A stretch of 64,000 nt of DNA, from assembly GCA_017303475.1 (NCBI GenBank), contig JAFLBO010000014.1, positions 76,782 through 140,781 on the forward strand. Direction: 5' to 3'. This stretch comes from Chitinophagales bacterium (GTDB taxonomy: Bacteria > Bacteroidota > Bacteroidia > Chitinophagales > Saprospiraceae). The notes beneath the pieces are model-generated. The model saw only the letters and a list, made by a program, of their open reading frames with translations. It was not told the origin of the DNA and made no database searches. The position numbers and the translations under genes are program-made. Shown one piece after another: positions 8,914 to 17,749 of this stretch. Position 1 is the first letter of the stretch, and each line of letters begins with the position of its first letter.

Positions 8914-11022
8914 TCAAGATTGCATTGAGTGGATTAATTTAGCAGTCAAATCTTTTCTCAACAATTGCGCATTTAGCGCTACCACGATGGTACTTAAACT
9001 CATCAATACTGCCCCCATAGCCGGGCTGAGTACAAATTGCGGATATAATACGCCTGCGGCCAGTGGAATAGCCACCACATTATATCCCGTTGCCCACCAA
9101 AGGTTTTGAAGCATTTTGCGATAGGTCGCTTTGCCGAAATTGACCAACCCAAGCACATCTGAAGGCTTGCTGTCTGTCAAAATAATATCTGCTGTTTCGG
9201 CAGCCACATCGGTGCCAGAGCCAACGGCAATGCCTACATCTGCTTGTGCAAGTGCTGGAGCGTCATTCACGCCATCACCAGTCATGGCTACATACTCCCC
9301 TTTGGCTTGCAGGTCTTTCACGATTTCAACTTTTTGGTGGGGCAACACCTCAGCAAAATAGCCATCGAGTCCCAACTGTTCAGCGACGGCTTTCCCGACA
9401 GTGGCATTGTCGCCTGTAGCCATAAAAACTTTGATCCCTTGACTTTTCAACTGCCGTACCGCTTCAGTGGCATCGGGTCGGATTTGGTCAGATAGCGCAA
9501 GGAATCCCACCAATTTATCATCCTCCAATACAAAAACCACTGTCTCGGCAGCTGAACCAGCATCATCGACGGGCAGTTCGATGTTCTTTTCCTTCAAATA
9601 TCCAGGACTGACAACGCTGATTTTTTTGCCTTTTACTTGACCAGTGACGCCTTTGCCAGTGATGGAAGTAAAATTGGATACCGCTGGCAGTGACAGCCCA
9701 GCGGTTTTGGCTGCTGCAACTATGCCCTGAGCAATCGGATGCTGGCTCTCCTGTTCGAGCGCGGCAATGGTAGCGAGCAGGGTGTTTTTATCAAAATCTT
9801 GGGAAAGCGTTTGAATACGCGATACACCAAACTTCCCTTCAGTGAGCGTTCCCGTTTTGTCAAATACCATCGCCGTGATGCGTCGTGCATTTTCAAAAGC
9901 AGTCCTATTTCGAATAAGCAACCCACGCCGAGCGGTTATAGCCGTAGAAATAGCGACCACAAGTGGTATTGCTACACCGAGCGCATGTGGACAAGAAGTA
10001 ACCATGACCGTAACCATACGTTCAAGCGCAAAGGCCAGCGTCTGCCCTTTGGCGAGCCAGATGGCCAGCGTCCCGAATCCTACACTCAACGCAATAAAAG
10101 TCAGCCATTTAGCAGCGCGATCTGCCAAGTGTTGAGTCTGCGATTTGGCAGCTTGGGCTTCTTGCACCAGGGTAATAACCTTGTTGAGGTAACTGTCCTT
10201 GCCCGATTTGTCCACCCGAATTTTCAGACTACCTTCGCCGTTGATGGCCCCGGCGATAACTTTTGCGCCTTCTGTTTTTTGAACCGGAACGCTTTCACCT
10301 GTTAGCATACTCTCGTTCACGGTACTGCTGCCCTCAGTTACAGTGCCATCCACCGGAATTTTTTCGCCAGGCTTCACCAGGACGAGGTCTCCTATTTTCA
10401 ATTCATCCACGCGCATATCGTGCAACATTTCGCCACCGTGATACATATGCGCCTCGGCGGGCATCATTTTGACAATCAATTCCAAGGCTTTCGAGGCACC
10501 GGCAACGGATTTCATTTCGAGCCAATGCCCCAATAGCATAATAACGATCAGCGTGGCGAGTTCCCAATAGAAATCCATGCCCTCTACCAACCTGAAAACC
10601 ACAGCCGTGCTGTACAAGAATGCTACTGTTACGGCTATCCCGATGAGGGTCATCATGCCGGGCTGACGACGTTTTAGTTCGTCCCAAAGCCCGGTCAAAA
10701 ATGGCCAACCCCCATAAAAATAAATGATGCTGCCAAGCACAACCGATACCCAATCACGACCAGTAAAGTCGAAATGGTATCCGACTGCCATTTGAAACAT
10801 AGGGGAAATAGCCACTACAGGTACAGTAAGCACCAGGCATATCCAGAACCGCCGCAGGAAATCTGCAATCATCGCTGAATGGTCATGACCGCCACCATGT
10901 CCCGAATGACCTTCATTGTGCATCTCGCCTTGCATAACCATTCCATTGGGCATAACGTGTGAACTATGCCCGGAGTGATCATTCTGTGCTGGTTTTGGGT
11001 GTTCAGAGTGATGATGTTTCAT
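8914..11022 (-). CDS. copB: Copper-translocating P1B-type ATPase, CPH (P1B-3/CopB-like) subgroup with His-rich N-terminus
   Basis: N-terminus MKHHHSEHPKPAQNDHSGHSSH...HNEGHSGHGGGHDHS. TM6 motif SCPHALGVAIP. Phosphorylation site DKTGTLT and hinge motif MTGDGVNDAPALAQADVGIA. Confidence 0.9.
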   Translation of the reverse strand: MKHHHSEHPKPAQNDHSGHSSHVMPNGMVMQGEMHNEGHSGHGGGHDHSAMIADFLRRFWICLVLTVPVVAISPMFQMAVGYHFDFTGRDWVSVVLGSIIYFYGGWPFLTGLWDELKRRQPGMMTLIGIAVTVAFLYSTAVVFRLVEGMDFYWELATLIVIMLLGHWLEMKSVAGASKALELIVKMMPAEAHMYHGGEMLHDMRVDELKIGDLVLVKPGEKIPVDGTVTEGSSTVNESMLTGESVPVQKTEGAKVIAGAINGEGSLKIRVDKSGKDSYLNKVITLVQEAQAAKSQTQHLADRAAKWLTFIALSVGFGTLAIWLAKGQTLAFALERMVTVMVTSCPHALGVAIPLVVAISTAITARRGLLIRNRTAFENARRITAMVFDKTGTLTEGKFGVSRIQTLSQDFDKNTLLATIAALEQESQHPIAQGIVAAAKTAGLSLPAVSNFTSITGKGVTGQVKGKKISVVSPGYLKEKNIELPVDDAGSAAETVVFVLEDDKLVGFLALSDQIRPDATEAVRQLKSQGIKVFMATGDNATVGKAVAEQLGLDGYFAEVLPHQKVEIVKDLQAKGEYVAMTGDGVNDAPALAQADVGIAVGSGTDVAAETADIILTDSKPSDVLGLVNFGKATYRKMLQNLWWATGYNVVAIPLAAGVLYPQFVLSPAMGAVLMSLSTIVVALNAQLLRKDLTAKLIHSMQS

Positions 11023-11029
11023 AGTGTTT

Positions 11030-13993
11030 TTATCTTAAAATCACTTTTTCAGTCCCCAAAATCACATCCTCCAAACGGGCCGTTAGTATGTAAACCCCTG
11101 CCTGAATCCCCGTTGTTTTGAGTGTAAAAATTTGCTTTTCATTCGTTTTATCAAATAAGGAATAGTTCCGAACTTGTTTGCCAGCCGCATCCGTCAATTC
11201 AAAACTCAGCTTACCTGTCTTTTTTAAACCTATCTCAACCGATAAGAAGCCACCCGAAGCCATTGGGTTTGGAAAGACCCGAAATGACTCTACCCGGCCT
11301 GGTTCAAAAATGTTAACCGTAATAATAGTAACCGCCTGGGTGAGGGATTCCGTGCCGCATGGTCCCGTGGATATGAGAGTAACAGTGTAAGTTCCGTCAT
11401 TGGCGTATGTGTGTGATGGATCGGTTTGCGTGCTTGTGTTACCATCGCCAAAATCCCAGAGATAGCTGTTGGCATCGGTTGAAGTATTGGTAAAAGTAGC
11501 TGTTGCACCGATTATGGAACTGGTGAAACCTGGAATTGGCGAAGGGTTTGCATTAATATAATTCAGCTGTGTTGCCGTACTGATGCCCGCACTGTTACTC
11601 GCAGTTAGGATCACGGTATAAGTGCCAGGGCTCGGATACAATACAGCCGGGTTCTCATCTGAAGAGGAACTGGGCACACCCCCAGGGAATTGCCAGTCAA
11701 AATTCGTTGCATTGGTCGAAGACGTGCTGCTGAACTGCACTGCCAGTGGCGCACAACCATTGCTCAGATTGGATGAGAATCCTGCGGTGGGGGGAGTCGT
11801 AACTGTCACGGTTTGGGTAGTCGTGTCCGCGTTGCAAAGTCCATTTGCGATGAGCGTCACGGTATAAGTCCCATCATTGGAAAAATCGTGTGAAGGATCA
11901 GTCTGTGTACTCATGCTGCCATCTCCAAAATCCCAGACATAGCTGGCGGCATTACTGGAAGTGTTTAAAAACGAAGCTGTGGTACCATTCAGCAAGCTAC
12001 TGAAACTGGCAGTAGTCAAGGGACTCACCGTAATATAGTTCGTCTGCGTTGCGGAATTGCTACCAGCACTGTTACTCACCGTAAGTGTGACAGAGTAGCT
12101 GCCAGAGTTCGAATACACCACAGTTGGATTTTGTGTAGTGGACGAATTGGGTGTTGCGCCAGAGAATTGCCAGTTGAAGCTTGTTGTATTAGAAGAAGAT
12201 GTGCTTGTAAATTGGATTGTCAGCGGAGCACAACCATTCGTCTGATTGACCGTAAAACCTGCCGTCGGCGGCGCAACAACCACCGGAGGTGGGCCTGGCA
12301 AAATTCGTATCATACGGGCAACCGAAGGAATATCGTCCACCATTGCCCATAGCATATACCAGCCCGGCATCGAGCGCAGCGAATCGTTTGGCACAATAGC
12401 TTCTATGGCCTGTCCCTGCTGCGAGAAGTTAAGATCGAGGAAGCGGTTTTCCCCACAGTTCATCATGTGTGTAATAGCAGTAATGCTTTGCAGCACCACA
12501 GCGGTGGGCTCATTGGTTCTCCCGACCTCAAAACGGATCGTATCACCACGGTGGTAGTCCGTTTTTTGAAGATTTAATATTTGTGGGCGCACTCCCCGGA
12601 ACAAGTAGGGTGGCTTATAAGCATCGATAATACTTTGTGGAGGTTCATTACCCGGAGCACCTTCGCCGCCCACCACGATTATACGACCGTCTGGAACGAG
12701 TGTTGCAAGCGCATGGTATTCTCTTTTACGGGGCATAGGCATGAGTCGCCTCCAGGTATCTGCGTAGGGGTCATAAAGGTCTGTCAAAGCCATGTGTCCC
12801 CATTGGTTAACAGGAGTCGGATCGGAAGGCTCTTCTTTGAAGCCTGCAAGGGTCAGTATATGGCGGTCAGGCAGCAACACAGTTTCCGGACGTGAGCGCA
12901 AGGGTGCAAAATTGGATCGCAGCGTCCAGGTATTGGTGATGGGATCGTAGCGTTCGACCAGGTTGCCACCGCTGCCAGCCGGAAAAGGTTTGAAACCGAT
13001 AGCAATAACGTCGCCTTCGGGTAAGTGTACGAGTTCATGGTCAACGTGATCTCCATTAGGCATCCGGTTGCCTTGGACAAAATCGGAGGCCAAACTCCAC
13101 TGTTTCGTTGTAGGATCAAAGAGTTGAGGTGGCCGAAAAGTCATCAATACTTTGCCACTGTAAAGCGTCAGGATGGGCGATTGTTCCATACGGATGGCAA
13201 CGGTATCAGCCCATTCGGTAATACCGGTGATCGGATTGTACAATTCGCTTGTATTCACACGAACCGGGTTGTTCAGTCCACCGCCGCCAACGATGAGCAG
13301 CCTTCCATCGGCCAGTTGCGTCATGGCAGGGTACCAGCGATAGTCTAACATGGAGGGCAGAGGCTCCCATGTTTTAGTGGAAGTATTGTACTGTTTAACT
13401 TTATTGGAACCAGGGCCATATATTTCCTGGTCAGTGCCACCAGCCATGATGACCTTGCCATTCCAAAGCAGTTTCGGGGCAACGCAACCCTGTACTTTAG
13501 TATCTCCTGGGACAGTAACCGTATCATTGGCCGCCGGATCGAATGCAAAGGGGTCTTTAGTACTGTGGCAGTAATAAATAGTACCATTGGGCAACAGCAC
13601 TCCCAAGTCTGTGCCCCCGAGCGGTTCAGGAGAAACCATGATTATGTTCCATTGGCCTTGCTCTGTCTCAAGAGCGAGTTGCGCATTCTGAGTGATTGTG
13701 CCGATAATATTGGGAATTGCGTTTTGAAAATAAGCAAAACCAGGTTTGGCAGCACCAAATGACAAGGGTATACCGCTGGGGAGATTTGCAATCAAATATT
13801 GTCCTGAAGCATTGGTTCGGGTTTCCCAAAATTGAGAAGTATCAGCGTTGAACAATGTGATTCGAACATTTCCGACAGGTGCCCCGAGTGGATCAGTGAC
13901 AGTCCCAATCAGTGTTTGAGCCGACAAGGCGAGGGGCAGAAAGCAAAAAGCAAGCACTATTAACCGCATCATTTGTTCTTGTCGTGTAAGCAT
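11030..13993 (-). CDS. T9SS cargo: carboxypeptidase-regulatory-like domain + Kelch/glyoxal- or galactose-oxidase-like (copper radical oxidase, DUF1929) + 4 PKD domains + T9SS sorting domain
   Basis: YRWYPAMTQLADGRLLIVGG, REYHALATLVPDGRIIVVGGEG, PPYLFRGVRPQI, ITHMMNCGENRFLDL and MPGWYMLWAMVDDIPSVARMIRI resemble glyoxal/galactose oxidase. PKD signatures are WDFGDGSMSTQTDPSHDF and WDFGDGNTSTQTDPSHTY. The C-terminus FRVFPNPMASGG...GVYILTARL is a T9SS sorting domain. Confidence 0.75.
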   Translation of the reverse strand: MLTRQEQMMRLIVLAFCFLPLALSAQTLIGTVTDPLGAPVGNVRITLFNADTSQFWETRTNASGQYLIANLPSGIPLSFGAAKPGFAYFQNAIPNIIGTITQNAQLALETEQGQWNIIMVSPEPLGGTDLGVLLPNGTIYYCHSTKDPFAFDPAANDTVTVPGDTKVQGCVAPKLLWNGKVIMAGGTDQEIYGPGSNKVKQYNTSTKTWEPLPSMLDYRWYPAMTQLADGRLLIVGGGGLNNPVRVNTSELYNPITGITEWADTVAIRMEQSPILTLYSGKVLMTFRPPQLFDPTTKQWSLASDFVQGNRMPNGDHVDHELVHLPEGDVIAIGFKPFPAGSGGNLVERYDPITNTWTLRSNFAPLRSRPETVLLPDRHILTLAGFKEEPSDPTPVNQWGHMALTDLYDPYADTWRRLMPMPRKREYHALATLVPDGRIIVVGGEGAPGNEPPQSIIDAYKPPYLFRGVRPQILNLQKTDYHRGDTIRFEVGRTNEPTAVVLQSITAITHMMNCGENRFLDLNFSQQGQAIEAIVPNDSLRSMPGWYMLWAMVDDIPSVARMIRILPGPPPVVVAPPTAGFTVNQTNGCAPLTIQFTSTSSSNTTSFNWQFSGATPNSSTTQNPTVVYSNSGSYSVTLTVSNSAGSNSATQTNYITVSPLTTASFSSLLNGTTASFLNTSSNAASYVWDFGDGSMSTQTDPSHDFSNDGTYTVTLIANGLCNADTTTQTVTVTTPPTAGFSSNLSNGCAPLAVQFSSTSSTNATNFDWQFPGGVPSSSSDENPAVLYPSPGTYTVILTASNSAGISTATQLNYINANPSPIPGFTSSIIGATATFTNTSTDANSYLWDFGDGNTSTQTDPSHTYANDGTYTVTLISTGPCGTESLTQAVTIITVNIFEPGRVESFRVFPNPMASGGFLSVEIGLKKTGKLSFELTDAAGKQVRNYSLFDKTNEKQIFTLKTTGIQAGVYILTARLEDVILGTEKVILR
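11320..12277 (-). repeat. Tandem duplication of a two-PKD-domain unit (about 2 x 480 nt) inside the oxidase-like gene
   Basis: Protein units PPTAGFTVNQTNGCAPLTIQF...TQTVTVTT and PPTAGFSSNLSNGCAPLAVQF...TQAVTIIT align end to end. Boundaries are approximate. Confidence 0.7.
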
Positions 13994-14020
13994 AAGATAT
14001 CTCTTGGAAATAAAAATTAC

Positions 14021-14458
14021 TCAGCAGCAGTTCGTTTTACCTGCCTGCATCGGTGGGCAAACTACTGTCCCGTAACTACAAAAGACGCAACAATCGCCCT
14101 TCTTCGGTTTCAACAACGCGTGGCAGTTTTCGCATTCATAAAAAAACTGGCAGGCATCGGTCGGCATGGTTTCCTCTTTGGAAAAACCACATGCAGGACA
14201 GGTGATAAGGGATTGCAAAACAACTGCCTCAGCTTTTTCTTTTCGTTTTCCTTTTTTCCAGGAAGAATACCCTGCATAGCCAACCAACCCCACGCTTAGG
14301 ACCATAAGTGGCCCGCTGAAGGCCTCCAGTTTTCCAGACACAGCCGAAGCGCTGAAGATGGAGCCACCGACCGCGACGGCCAGCCAGGGGAGCCAGCAGC
14401 AAGCGGTGGCGAGCAGAAATGCGAAGAGGCTGCCGAGCAGCGCAGTGATGGTTTTCAT
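14021..14458 (-). CDS. Membrane protein: MerT/MerC-like N-terminal TM pair with CC motif + C-terminal GDCCVxC zinc-ribbon-like domain
   Basis: LLATACCWLPWLAVAVGG lies in TM1, followed by a second TM segment and a KKGKRKEK linker. Then CPACG...CQFFYECENCHALLKPKKGDCCVFCSYGTVVCPP...NCC. Confidence 0.7.
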   Translation of the reverse strand: MKTITALLGSLFAFLLATACCWLPWLAVAVGGSIFSASAVSGKLEAFSGPLMVLSVGLVGYAGYSSWKKGKRKEKAEAVVLQSLITCPACGFSKEETMPTDACQFFYECENCHALLKPKKGDCCVFCSYGTVVCPPMQAGKTNCC

Positions 14459-14496
14459 GTATTATTAAACAAGGCCTTTTTTTAAAAGTTGAGCAT

Positions 14497-15954
14497 TCAA
14501 CGCCACTTCACAATCCTGCCCGTTTTCCAAATCCCTCCCACATTTATCTGAATAAAATAAACCCCGGCGGGGTAAAGCGACAAGTCTAAAACTATGTTGC
14601 CAGCAAACAGGCCGTTGTTGGTATGCCACAGTGTATTGCCATGAACATCCGTGAGACGTGCTGTTGTGACCTCGCCCTGGAGTATTTCGAGGATAACTTC
14701 TCCTTTGGTCGGGTTTGGGAATAGCAAAATGTCTGCTGTTTTATTGCTTTCAGGCGCATTTGTGGAGCTGTTTTTGCTGAGTATGCCACGTCTGTACAAG
14801 ACATGGCCAGCCGTAGCATCTACGTAAACCAAATGGAAAATCCCGTCTCGGAATGCAATTGAAGGCAATTGTAATGTATGGTCCGGCACGGCAAAACGTT
14901 CGCTCTGGTTGTTTAAGCCCGACGCACCTTTCGTAGAAAAATCGAACAAAATTTCATTTCCATTTTCCACAAAAACTACCCCAATTGTGTCGCCTAATGA
15001 TGTCACGTCTGCTTGGCTCTGACTGATTTGATCGCCTGAAGCTGTGGGAAAATCCAACTGTTGACCTTTTTTCATTGTGCCTGCGTGAAGCGTACTAAGA
15101 TAAACGCGCGGCGTACCACTCGCTCCGCTCATCCAGACTGTAATTAGGCTATCTCCTGAACGCGCCATGCGTGGTCCCGCGACCGGGCAAAAATTTAGTT
15201 GCCAATCTGTTGCGTCTACGTCCGTTGCGGCATCAAAGGTAGCGGCTAAATCGGTTGACCGACTTACCCAGATGTCGCGCAGGTCTTGGTTGTTGTTGCG
15301 GAAAAGTAGCCAAACAGAATCGCCCGAAGCCAGCAAGTCAGACGTGCAACATTCGCAGACGGCACCACCAGGTGCGGGTGCATTTGCTATAACCGGATCG
15401 TCGTTAAAGGAAAAACCGCCATCTGTTGATCGCCGAACCAAGTAATCGGTATCATTGTTTTTATGCAAAATATAGCTTACTACCGGATTGCCTGTTCCAT
15501 CTACTGTAACCGCTGCTAAAATAGCGTAGCCACCAGCAACACTTCCTTGTACCGATGTGGGCGATCCAAAAGTGAGGCCACCATCTTTAGAACCTGCCAA
15601 GAAGATGCCCTGTTGTTCAAACACGATGAAAACCTGGCTGTCCGACAACGCAACATCATATCCCCCAAAACCATACAAAAGCGGCTCATCAGGCTCCTGT
15701 ACCACGCCGATTGGAGTTGTGAATGCCCCATTCTCGAATCGGGAACACCAGATTTGAGAAGTGAAGTTGACAAAGTCGCCGTTAATGCCCCAGGTTACCA
15801 AAGGAGTGCCATCGGGAAGCAGCGCGATGCGTGGTGATGTGATTGGCCTCGTAGTAGAGTCCACTACGATTGAATCCGACCATTGAACGGTGGTCTGTGC
15901 TGCTACAGTGAAACCTAAGAAGAGGAGTACGAAATAAACCAGCGTAATTTTCAT
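14497..15954 (-). CDS. T9SS cargo with BNR/sialidase-like beta-propeller
   Basis: BNR-like repeats SKDGGLTF and STDGGFSF. T9SS C-terminus LLFPNPTKGEV...GVYFIQINV. Confidence 0.55.
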   Translation of the reverse strand: MKITLVYFVLLFLGFTVAAQTTVQWSDSIVVDSTTRPITSPRIALLPDGTPLVTWGINGDFVNFTSQIWCSRFENGAFTTPIGVVQEPDEPLLYGFGGYDVALSDSQVFIVFEQQGIFLAGSKDGGLTFGSPTSVQGSVAGGYAILAAVTVDGTGNPVVSYILHKNNDTDYLVRRSTDGGFSFNDDPVIANAPAPGGAVCECCTSDLLASGDSVWLLFRNNNQDLRDIWVSRSTDLAATFDAATDVDATDWQLNFCPVAGPRMARSGDSLITVWMSGASGTPRVYLSTLHAGTMKKGQQLDFPTASGDQISQSQADVTSLGDTIGVVFVENGNEILFDFSTKGASGLNNQSERFAVPDHTLQLPSIAFRDGIFHLVYVDATAGHVLYRRGILSKNSSTNAPESNKTADILLFPNPTKGEVILEILQGEVTTARLTDVHGNTLWHTNNGLFAGNIVLDLSLYPAGVYFIQINVGGIWKTGRIVKWR

Positions 15955-15993
15955 AGTGCTTTAATTGAAAAACATTGATGGAGTTGCACATTC

Positions 15994-16031
15994 TGATCCC
16001 GGCCTTGCCTGTTTAGGCAAAGCCGGGATCA
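15994..16031 (-). terminator. 17-bp stem-loop (one mismatch) between the PKD gene stop and the next gene start; a possible terminator or processing site without a clear U-tract
   Basis: tgatcccggccttgcct gttt aggcaaagccgggatca, read directly from the sequence. It lies 20 nt downstream of the stop at 16051. Confidence 0.4.
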
Positions 16032-16050
16032 TCAATAAATTTTTAGCCTT

Positions 16051-17259
16051 TTATCGTTGGACCACGATTTGTTTGATGTACGGCGCACCATCCACCGTCA
16101 TTTTCAGGATATAAACTCCTGACATAAGATTAGCTACTGAAAAGACTTGAGTGTAATCTCCTTCTGCCTGAACACTTTCTGGCAACGCTGCCACCTTAGC
16201 ACCAGTCAGACTATAAATCTCAAACTTAACTTTTGCAGAACCCCGAATTTGATAAACAATTTTGACAAAGTCCACCGCCGGATTGGGATGAATGGTCATT
16301 AATTCAGTTGTGGAAATGGTGTGTACTGTCGCCGATTCATCATTTAAAGCAGATACTGCTTTAACCTCTTGATGGTGTGGGTTATGGAAATGCTGATGAC
16401 CATTATGGTGGACATTGATGGCATGACAGATATGCGAAGCACATCCTATTGTCAAGTCCTCAATAAAAAGACAAACGGTATAATGGCCTGCATGCGCATA
16501 GGCATGATGGGGGTCTTCCTCCGTGGAAGTAGTTCCATCACCAAAATCCCAGAAGTAGGTGGTGTGGGCAGTCGTCCCAGTAGAAGTGTTGGTAAATTGA
16601 ACTCCAAAGCCGCTGGCATCAAGATTGAAAATGAAAGCAGCATGGCAATCACCCGCAGGTGGATGATTCACCTGAATATGGTGGCACACATGACTGGTGC
16701 AGCCTCCATCATCATCATAGATCGTCAGACAAACCAGGTACGTGCCCGGAGCTGCATAAGTATGCGTTGGGTTTTGCTCTGTTGAGGTGCTGCCATCGCC
16801 AAAATCCCATTCCCAAGACACAATAACCCCGTCAGCAGTGGATTGGTCGGTGAAATCAATAGCCGGTTGGTTCAGGTCAGGCTGGTTTGCAATAAAAGAG
16901 GCATGACACTCATGTGGAGGGTGTGTTACCACCACATGATGACAAAAAGTAGCTGAACAATTTGGATTGTGCGCAGTAATGGTCAGACAGACATTGTAAG
17001 TACCAGGAGATGCGTAAGTATGGGTGGGATTTTGTTCTGTGCTTGTATTACCATCTCCAAAATCCCAATGATAGGAAGTGATATTTCCATCAGCCGTAGA
17101 TACATCTTCAAAGACTACCGTGCTTCCATTCACGGTAAAATGAAAACCCGGATGGCAGTGTTGCGCATTTCCCTGTTGGAAAGAAAACAATATACCGAGC
17201 AAGAGAATCAAAAAACGAGGAATTTGGGAAGTGGCAAAACTTGTTAAGGTCTGATTCAT
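16051..17259 (-). CDS. T9SS cargo: three PKD domains, each framed by conserved Cys/His motifs
   Basis: WDFGDGNTSTEQNPTHTY occurs twice and WDFGDGTTSTEEDPHHAY once. Framing motifs are HCHPGF/HECHASF/GDCHAAF at the start and CSATFCHHVVVTHPP/CTSHVCHHIQVNHPP/CASHICHAINVHHNGHQHFHNPHH at the end. T9SS C-terminus IHPNPAVDF...GVYILKMTV. Confidence 0.8.
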   Translation of the reverse strand: MNQTLTSFATSQIPRFLILLLGILFSFQQGNAQHCHPGFHFTVNGSTVVFEDVSTADGNITSYHWDFGDGNTSTEQNPTHTYASPGTYNVCLTITAHNPNCSATFCHHVVVTHPPHECHASFIANQPDLNQPAIDFTDQSTADGVIVSWEWDFGDGSTSTEQNPTHTYAAPGTYLVCLTIYDDDGGCTSHVCHHIQVNHPPAGDCHAAFIFNLDASGFGVQFTNTSTGTTAHTTYFWDFGDGTTSTEEDPHHAYAHAGHYTVCLFIEDLTIGCASHICHAINVHHNGHQHFHNPHHQEVKAVSALNDESATVHTISTTELMTIHPNPAVDFVKIVYQIRGSAKVKFEIYSLTGAKVAALPESVQAEGDYTQVFSVANLMSGVYILKMTVDGAPYIKQIVVQR

Positions 17260-17350
17260 GCGAAAAAGTGGTGATTATGACGAAGTGAAAGTGGTGAAAT
17301 ATTTTTGTGCCTCGAAGAAGTTTTTCGGACATGTACATAATGCCACGCAC

Positions 17351-17746
17351 TTAGTGGTTATGATTGCCGTGGTTATCACTGCCCTGCGGGCTTTCAATAT
17401 AGTGCATTCGCTCATACTGGCAGCAGCCGGGAAGATTGTTGTATGGTTTAGCCTTTGCCTCTACGAAAGTAGTATCATGACCTGCTTTGGCAATACGTTT
17501 TTGTACCGCAAGCGCTGAAGTTTTAGCAGCGTCGTATTCCAGAGTCATTTTTTTGGTCGTCACATCCCAGTCAGCTTTGATAACCCCTTTGCCCAGAGCG
17601 GCTGTTTCGATGCGTTTTTCGCACATTCCGCAGTTGCCACCTACCTCGAAAATAGTGGTTAAGAGGGTAGGGGTATTTTGAGAAAAAGCACTTAGCATTA
17701 GGGAAAAATAAAAGCCAAGGGTTAAGAAAAAATGTTTGAACGGCAT
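17351..17746 (-). CDS. Secreted HMA-domain metallochaperone-like protein with CCQYER motif and His-rich tail
   Basis: GGNCGMCEKRIETAA, PGCCQYERMH and C-terminal DNHGNHNH. It is paralogous to the N-terminal half of 7399..8295. Confidence 0.8.
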   Translation of the reverse strand: MPFKHFFLTLGFYFSLMLSAFSQNTPTLLTTIFEVGGNCGMCEKRIETAALGKGVIKADWDVTTKKMTLEYDAAKTSALAVQKRIAKAGHDTTFVEAKAKPYNNLPGCCQYERMHYIESPQGSDNHGNHNH

Positions 17747-17749
17747 GGT

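Noticed and set aside
9739-10305. 188-aa plus-strand ORF inside the P1B ATPase gene.
   Set aside because: It is antisense to a gene with unambiguous P-type ATPase motifs, so it is a shadow ORF.
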